Position numbers and translations under genes: made by a program
The notes under the pieces: model-generated
Database searches by the model: none
What the model saw: only the letters and a program-made list of their open reading frames with translations
What the model was told of the DNA's origin: nothing
Shown here: positions 59,832-64,000 of the stretch, in pieces
Layout: each line of letters starts with the position of its first letter
How positions within the stretch are numbered: position 1 is the first letter of the stretch
IMG/VR virus record: IMGVR_UViG_3300037634_005704
Span: 1 to 64,000 of that record
From: a virus
DNA: 64,000 nucleotides
Reading direction: 5' to 3' (one strand)

Positions 59832-59850
59832 TTTAATTTTAACTGTACTA
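59832..59850 (-). promoter_or_regulatory. duplicated 19-nt leader/promoter motif, copy 2
   Basis: Exact 19-mer, positioned immediately after the psbA terminator and 22 nt upstream of the ATG at 59809. Confidence 0.55.
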
Positions 59851-59855
59851 CGTAT

Positions 59856-59886
59856 AAAAAAAGACCTGAGGCACCACCCCCAGGTC
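59856..59886 (-). terminator. rho-independent terminator of psbA
   Basis: On the minus strand, GACCTGGG-GGTGGTGC-CTCAGGTC (8 bp with one G.U) followed by TTTTTTT. Lies 77 nt after the psbA stop. Confidence 0.7.
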
Positions 59887-59962
59887 CTTCAGTTGTTTAG
59901 CACACACGCACACGGTAAAAACCATGCACCTATAAAAATCTAGCTAGAAAAACACTTAAACG

Positions 59963-61054
59963 TCAACCAATTGAAGGTGCCAATAGAGCAACCTCAGTGG
60001 TGTCAGTAGAAGCTAGATCAAGTGGGAAGTTATGAGCGTTACGCTCATGCATGACCTCCATACCTAAATTGGCACGGTTAAGGACATCACCCCACGTTGG
60101 TACAACTTTCCCATTCGCATCAAGGATGGATTGATTAAAATTGAACCCATTTAAATTAAATGCCATAGTGCTTATACCCATAGAGGTAAACCACACGCAG
60201 ACAACGGGGAAAACAGCAAGGAAGAAGTGAAGAGAGCGGCTGTTGTTGAAGCTTGCATACTGGAAGATTAAACGTCCAAAGTATCCATGGGCTGCAACGA
60301 TGTTATAAGTTTCTTCCTCTTGCCCAAATTTGTACCCGTAATTTTGAGACTCATTCTCGGTCGTTTCCTTGATAAGAGAGGAGGTGACCAAGGAACCATG
60401 CATAGCAGAGAACAAAGCGCCTCCAAACATCCCCGCAACCCCCAACATATGGAAAGGATGCATAAGGATATTATGTTCCGCCTGAAAGACAAACATAAAG
60501 TTAAACGTCCCTGAGATACCCAACGGCATACCGTCAGAGAGACTTCCTTGTCCGAACGGATAAATAAGGAATACCGCAAAGGCGGCTGAAACTGGTGCGG
60601 AATAAGCGACACAAATCCAAGGTCGCATTCCTAATCTATAGCTAAGTTCCCATTGTCGTCCCATGTAAGCAGAGATACCAATGAGGAAATGGAAGATGAT
60701 GAGTTGGTATGGCCCTCCGTTATAGAGCCACTCATCAATCGTCGCAGCTTCCCATATTGGGTAAAAATGCATTCCGATTGCGTTGGAACTTGGGACAATC
60801 GCACCTGAGATAATGTTGTTTCCATAAAGGAGAGATCCTGCTACTGGTTCACGGATCCCATCAATATCAACAGGAGGAGCAGCTATAAATGCAATAATAA
60901 AACAGGTTGTCGCAGTCAAAAGACAAGGTATCATTAAGACTCCAAACCAACCGACATAAAGCCGATTATTTGTAGATGTTACCCAGTCACAAAACTCCGG
61001 CCATCCCTGTAGCAGAGAGGAATCTAACTCCCTCTGCTTTATGGCAGTGCTCAT
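59963..61054 (-). CDS. psbA: photosystem II reaction-centre protein D1 (363 aa)
   Basis: Full-length D1 sequence by eye: [103 protein letters not shown] plus a C-terminal extension. No intron. Confidence 0.97.
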   Translation of the reverse strand: MSTAIKQRELDSSLLQGWPEFCDWVTSTNNRLYVGWFGVLMIPCLLTATTCFIIAFIAAPPVDIDGIREPVAGSLLYGNNIISGAIVPSSNAIGMHFYPIWEAATIDEWLYNGGPYQLIIFHFLIGISAYMGRQWELSYRLGMRPWICVAYSAPVSAAFAVFLIYPFGQGSLSDGMPLGISGTFNFMFVFQAEHNILMHPFHMLGVAGMFGGALFSAMHGSLVTSSLIKETTENESQNYGYKFGQEEETYNIVAAHGYFGRLIFQYASFNNSRSLHFFLAVFPVVCVWFTSMGISTMAFNLNGFNFNQSILDANGKVVPTWGDVLNRANLGMEVMHERNAHNFPLDLASTDTTEVALLAPSIG

Positions 61055-61336
61055 GATGATTGGTTATTAAAAAATAATTAAGCCTGTTAGATGGCTTAGC
61101 ATAAGTCTACATGGGCTAGATAAGCTTATGATCCAAAAGTATTCCTAATCCCTAAAGTAATCTATCTAGTCCGTATATCACTAGTATAAATACGAGACAA
61201 ATGACCTACAACGATGATCAGGAAGCAATAAAAATCATTTATAAAAATGAATTTTTCGCTAAACCTGAAAACAAACATAGACGTGATGAATTAATAAGAG
61301 AAATCCTTAAAAACCAAGTTGAAACAGAAAATAAGA

Positions 61337-61837
61337 TTATGAACGCAAAAAATCAAACAACAGAATAAATCTCCAAGTCTCAGATTCATTATGTGCCTCG
61401 TGCCATTTATGGTCATCGAATGCAAATGCTTTACCAGGTTCCCAATGATGGACAGTATCTTCAACTCGGAGCCAACAAGAAGAGGAGTTCTTAGGAATAA
61501 TTAATCCTAAGTGACCACGATAAACATCCTCATCAATGTAGCCCTGATGAGGTTTAATATGTGTGTGAGGAGCTAAAGCTGAAAACCCAGCAGTTCTCAA
61601 TCCGGGGATCTTTTCAACTAACTCAGTTGTTTTTGGACACAACTTACAGTTCTTTTCATTCTTTTTACCAAGTGTGTAGAGACCAAAAACATCCCATTTC
61701 CCTACGTATAGTTTGGTATCAGGCCATTCTATGAAGTGATTAGTGTCATGCTCAACTTCATCAAAAAATAAATCATCAAGCTCTTCAAGTATGTCTTGCC
61801 AATTCCCTTCTAGTGTTTCTAAAAATGGAAATTCCAC
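61337..61837 (-). CDS. aspartyl/asparaginyl beta-hydroxylase-family 2OG-Fe(II) oxygenase (166 aa)
   Basis: KWDVFGLY...CPKTTELVEKIPGLRTAGFSALAPHTHIKPHQGY...RGHLGLIIP...FDDHKWHEAHNES fits the Asp_Arg_Hydrox pattern (W..f.l...CP.T...l..ip....a.fS.l.p...i.pH.g...R.HL.L..P...fDd...H.a.N). Confidence 0.8.
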   Translation of the reverse strand: MEFPFLETLEGNWQDILEELDDLFFDEVEHDTNHFIEWPDTKLYVGKWDVFGLYTLGKKNEKNCKLCPKTTELVEKIPGLRTAGFSALAPHTHIKPHQGYIDEDVYRGHLGLIIPKNSSSCWLRVEDTVHHWEPGKAFAFDDHKWHEAHNESETWRFILLFDFLRS

Positions 61838-61867
61838 GGCAAGACATTAAGAGCTTACCCAGTTTAA

Positions 61868-62023
61868 TCAGACTGCTACTTTGCGATCTTTAGGTTCGTA
61901 ATGGTAAACAACGCCACGATAAGTATGCTTCGCTTCACCACGAACACGCTTAAGCTCGCAGTCAGAGCTGCTAAGTACTTCGGGCTTCTGATAAGAAATG
62001 CCTCTGTAGGTTAAACGTTTCAT
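61868..62023 (-). CDS. DUF4278-type small cyanobacterial-like protein (51 aa)
   Basis: Below the track cutoff. Reads MKRLTYRGISYQKPEVLSSSDCELKRVRGEAKHTYRGVVYHYEPKDRKVAV, with two xTYRGxxY motifs as in DUF4278. GAGGA lies 7 nt upstream of the ATG. Confidence 0.55.
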   Translation of the reverse strand: MKRLTYRGISYQKPEVLSSSDCELKRVRGEAKHTYRGVVYHYEPKDRKVAV

Positions 62024-62122
62024 AAGAGTGTCCTCTTGCGTGAGTCCTCTTAATTATACATTTTTTGTAGCGATCGATACAGTTTGTAGTGATACACCAA
62101 TAGTTAAGAAAGTATTAAGAAA

Positions 62123-62209
62123 CTGGAGGGGAGCAGCCCAACCGCTGTCTCTCGGCAAGGCCCTTAATTTAAAAGCGCAGGAAACAGTAAAAACCGCGCT
62201 TCCCTCCAG
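62123..62209. ncRNA. structured RNA candidate (3-way junction closed by a 12-bp stem); strand unresolved
   Basis: ctggaggggagc (62123-62134) pairs with gcttccctccag (62198-62209): 11 Watson-Crick pairs plus one G.U on the plus strand (C.A on the minus strand). Inner hairpin agcgcagg...ccgcgct. Locally GC-rich with no credible ORF. Confidence 0.3.
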
Positions 62210-62444
62210 GCCTGACACTGTTCTTCTCCGGCCCACCGGATATAATACAATTACTATACCCTTCGTCCCAAATTGAGGCGGTTTGATCAGGTTCCTCACT
62301 CTTCTGTTCTTTTTTTAAGACCTATTAAATATTTAGACCCGCGAGCATCGCCAAATAAATGGTTGAAATTTATATTGCTTGATCTTCTGAAACAAGATAC
62401 AGAAGAATCAAAAAAAGCATTGGAATGGGCTCTACCAGCAATGG

Positions 62445-63044
62445 CTAGTTGGCTAGAAGCTGGGTTAATAGATCAGCTGTTTGCGGAATGGATAGAGCAG
62501 TACATCCATCTTTTAGAAAAACCTGAAAACAATCAAAATAACGAGAACCAGCTGTGTTTGCATATAGATTCTTAGGAGTAAGTCCTACTATCTTGAAATG
62601 TTTTCTCACAGGGTCTTGTATAAGAGGAGGACGATACCAACGAAAAGCTTTACGCTTAGTATCTAAAATCCACTCTGGATGATGTTTATGCCAGCGGCTC
62701 CAAGCATGAAACTGCCGATCTGGATCACCGGATGTGCAATCTAATTCAATAAAATCACCTGACTGAATTACCCAACGTAAACGTAAGACTTCTTGAAATC
62801 CTCGACGGATCGCTTTCATTCCAACTTTACCAGTGAACTGATTCTTTATAGATCGTTTCCGTTTATTAGATCGATCATTCCACCAATCATTTAACTGACG
62901 ACGAGACTTACCAACAGCAAAACCAACCTTCCAAAAATAGTGGCCTTCCTCATATTTGTACTCAGGAGAAACACAAACTTTGCAAAGTTGATCCTCGACA
63001 TAAAATGTAGAACTTGTAAACTTGCGGCGTACTCGATAAGTCAT
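62445..63044 (-). CDS. hypothetical basic Trp-rich protein (199 aa)
   Basis: ORF track; no family recognised. Its start is 1 nt from the divergent ORF 63046..63330. Confidence 0.55.
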   Translation of the reverse strand: MTYRVRRKFTSSTFYVEDQLCKVCVSPEYKYEEGHYFWKVGFAVGKSRRQLNDWWNDRSNKRKRSIKNQFTGKVGMKAIRRGFQEVLRLRWVIQSGDFIELDCTSGDPDRQFHAWSRWHKHHPEWILDTKRKAFRWYRPPLIQDPVRKHFKIVGLTPKNLYANTAGSRYFDCFQVFLKDGCTALSIPQTADLLTQLLAN

Positions 63045-63045
63045 C

Positions 63046-63330
63046 GTGGAAGAACTACTAAAGCTAATTCAATCAGATCCTCAGCTCTGGGAAATAGTTG
63101 AACAACTAAAACACCAAGACGAAGAACCTGCTGATTTTTTTCTCAATGTAGCAAACATGCTAGCAGTCGAATTTGAAGAACTGCATAGAACAGATTTAAG
63201 CGACAAGCTCGCAGCTCTGTTCGGGGGTCTACCAGAACCAGCATTCAAAATGGTCCCACTTCTTGTTCACATCGCATTAGACATCTTTCTAATGAGAGCT
63301 ATACCCAATTCCGACGCAATAAAAGATTGA
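63046..63330 (+). CDS. hypothetical acidic protein (94 aa; GTG start, first ATG at codon 38)
   Basis: ORF track; start uncertain. Confidence 0.45.
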   Translation: MEELLKLIQSDPQLWEIVEQLKHQDEEPADFFLNVANMLAVEFEELHRTDLSDKLAALFGGLPEPAFKMVPLLVHIALDIFLMRAIPNSDAIKD

Positions 63331-63333
63331 GCC

Positions 63334-63567
63334 ATGCAAAGCGGATTCGTATTATATGACCCTGATAATAAAAAAATACTGTGCATTTCAGGGGATAAAA
63401 CAAGTGTAGAACTTGTCGACGTTAACAAAACAAACAACCTAAATAAAGCGCTCTGCTTGCCCGACCTAACATCGGTTAAGAATATCTACGAACGATTCAA
63501 AAAACTAGCTTTAGTTGAAGAACTTGATATAGTAAACATCGCAAAATTATATAAAAACTGCTACTAA
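63334..63567 (+). CDS. hypothetical protein (77 aa)
   Basis: ORF track; 3 nt after the upstream stop. Confidence 0.55.
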   Translation: MQSGFVLYDPDNKKILCISGDKTSVELVDVNKTNNLNKALCLPDLTSVKNIYERFKKLALVEELDIVNIAKLYKNCY

Positions 63568-63570
63568 TGC

Positions 63571-64000
63571 ATGCCAAAATACGTATTTGACTGTGAAACC
63601 AATGGTCTAGTCCATGAATTAGACACAGTCCACTGCCTAGTACTTCGTGATATTGAGACTGGAGACGTCATCAGCTGTGCAGATCAAAAAGGATATGAAC
63701 CGCTATGCAATGGTATTCATTTACTAATGCATGCAGACGTACTAGTCGGACACAACATAATAAATTTTGACTTCAGAGCCCTACGAAAAGTTTACTCAGC
63801 CTTCAAAAGGAAAAAAAACTGTGAGCTCGTCGATACACTTATCCTCAGTCGTGTCCTATGGCCAGAGTTAGAGCCAGTTGATGAACAAAAATTCTCGCAC
63901 ATTAATCCTAAAAACAGGGGAAGACATTCTCTAGGAGCATGGGGAGACCGACTAAATGTTAATAAAACCAGCCTCTCAAAAGAGGGCGCAAATAAATGGG
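63571..64000 (+). CDS. T7-type family A DNA polymerase, N-terminal 3'-5' exonuclease domain (partial, runs off the right edge)
   Basis: Open from the ATG at 63571 to the window end. MPKYVFDCETNGL (Exo I DxE), VLVGHNIINFDFRAL (Exo II), DTLILSRVLWPE...HSLGAWGDRL parallels T7 gp5 (DTLVLSRL...HALEAWGYRL). Confidence 0.85.
   Translation, partial: MPKYVFDCETNGLVHELDTVHCLVLRDIETGDVISCADQKGYEPLCNGIHLLMHADVLVGHNIINFDFRALRKVYSAFKRKKNCELVDTLILSRVLWPELEPVDEQKFSHINPKNRGRHSLGAWGDRLNVNKTSLSKEGANKW

Noticed and set aside
60268-60825. ORFs 60268..60612 (minus), 60287..60514 (plus) and 60631..60825 (minus) inside psbA.
   Set aside because: psbA is unambiguous and full length. These are alternative-frame or antisense frames with no support.
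59963-61054. Group I intron or homing endonuclease inside psbA, as occurs in some cyanophages.
   Set aside because: The D1 reading frame is continuous and collinear with canonical D1 from N-terminus to C-terminal extension.
62028-62575. ORFs 62028..62276 (plus), 62054..62299 (minus) and 62273..62575 (plus, TTG start).
   Set aside because: The first two cover the GC-rich structured segment on both strands and give junk products. The third has no ATG until its last third and overlaps the 199-aa gene.

Overview
This is an AT-rich, almost gap-free 64-kb stretch of a tailed dsDNA phage that infects marine picocyanobacteria. It carries an intact photosystem II D1 gene (psbA, 59963-61054, minus), an Asp/Asn beta-hydroxylase-type 2OG oxygenase and a DUF4278-type mini-gene. 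Phage hallmarks are a large terminase, portal, capsid, tail fibre, lysozyme and the start of a T7-type family A DNA polymerase at 63571. Layout: (i) 1-39661 is mainly a minus-strand virion/packaging/lysis module. It is broken by plus-strand islands at 5.1-7.7 kb (double His-Me/HNH endonuclease), 8.9-11.3 kb (Dam-like, DUF1599-like), 14.9-16.7 kb (three signal-peptide proteins) and 17.5 kb. (ii) 39662-40549 is an ORF-poor divergent hub of about 0.9 kb with ATTCTCAA iterons. (iii) 40550-58086 is a plus-strand train of about 55 small, translationally coupled ORFans; the only recognisable ones are Zn-ribbon proteins, an RHH protein, SH3/KOW-like paralogues and repeat proteins. (iv) 58604-63044 is a minus-strand host-like (AMG) island. 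(v) Plus-strand replication genes begin at the right edge. I recognised no rRNA, canonical tRNA, CRISPR array, integrase or reverse transcriptase. No tape-measure or sheath gene is evident, so a podovirus-like virion is inferred with low confidence. The most interesting observations are: (1) a 35-aa C-terminal tag (CD[EI]RLK...FFVK..RECA) shared by two unrelated proteins, which looks like the cleavage-site part of a peptidase-S74 intramolecular-chaperone domain, while the rest of that domain is a free-standing 73-aa ORF; (2) an N-terminal Hint (intein-like) module without Cys1; (3) a GGGGGAGGGGGTAT[AG]AATG junction element repeated four times within 1 kb; (4) an SD[EKR][DE]R[YLM]A[ML]LTG peptide motif repeated six times over two adjacent genes; (5) a 515-nt portal/scaffold dual-coding overlap; (6) an opposite-strand trio of secreted proteins inside the virion module; (7) a structured-RNA candidate upstream of the DUF4278-type gene. 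All family assignments come from motif recognition by eye. None was verified by a database search.
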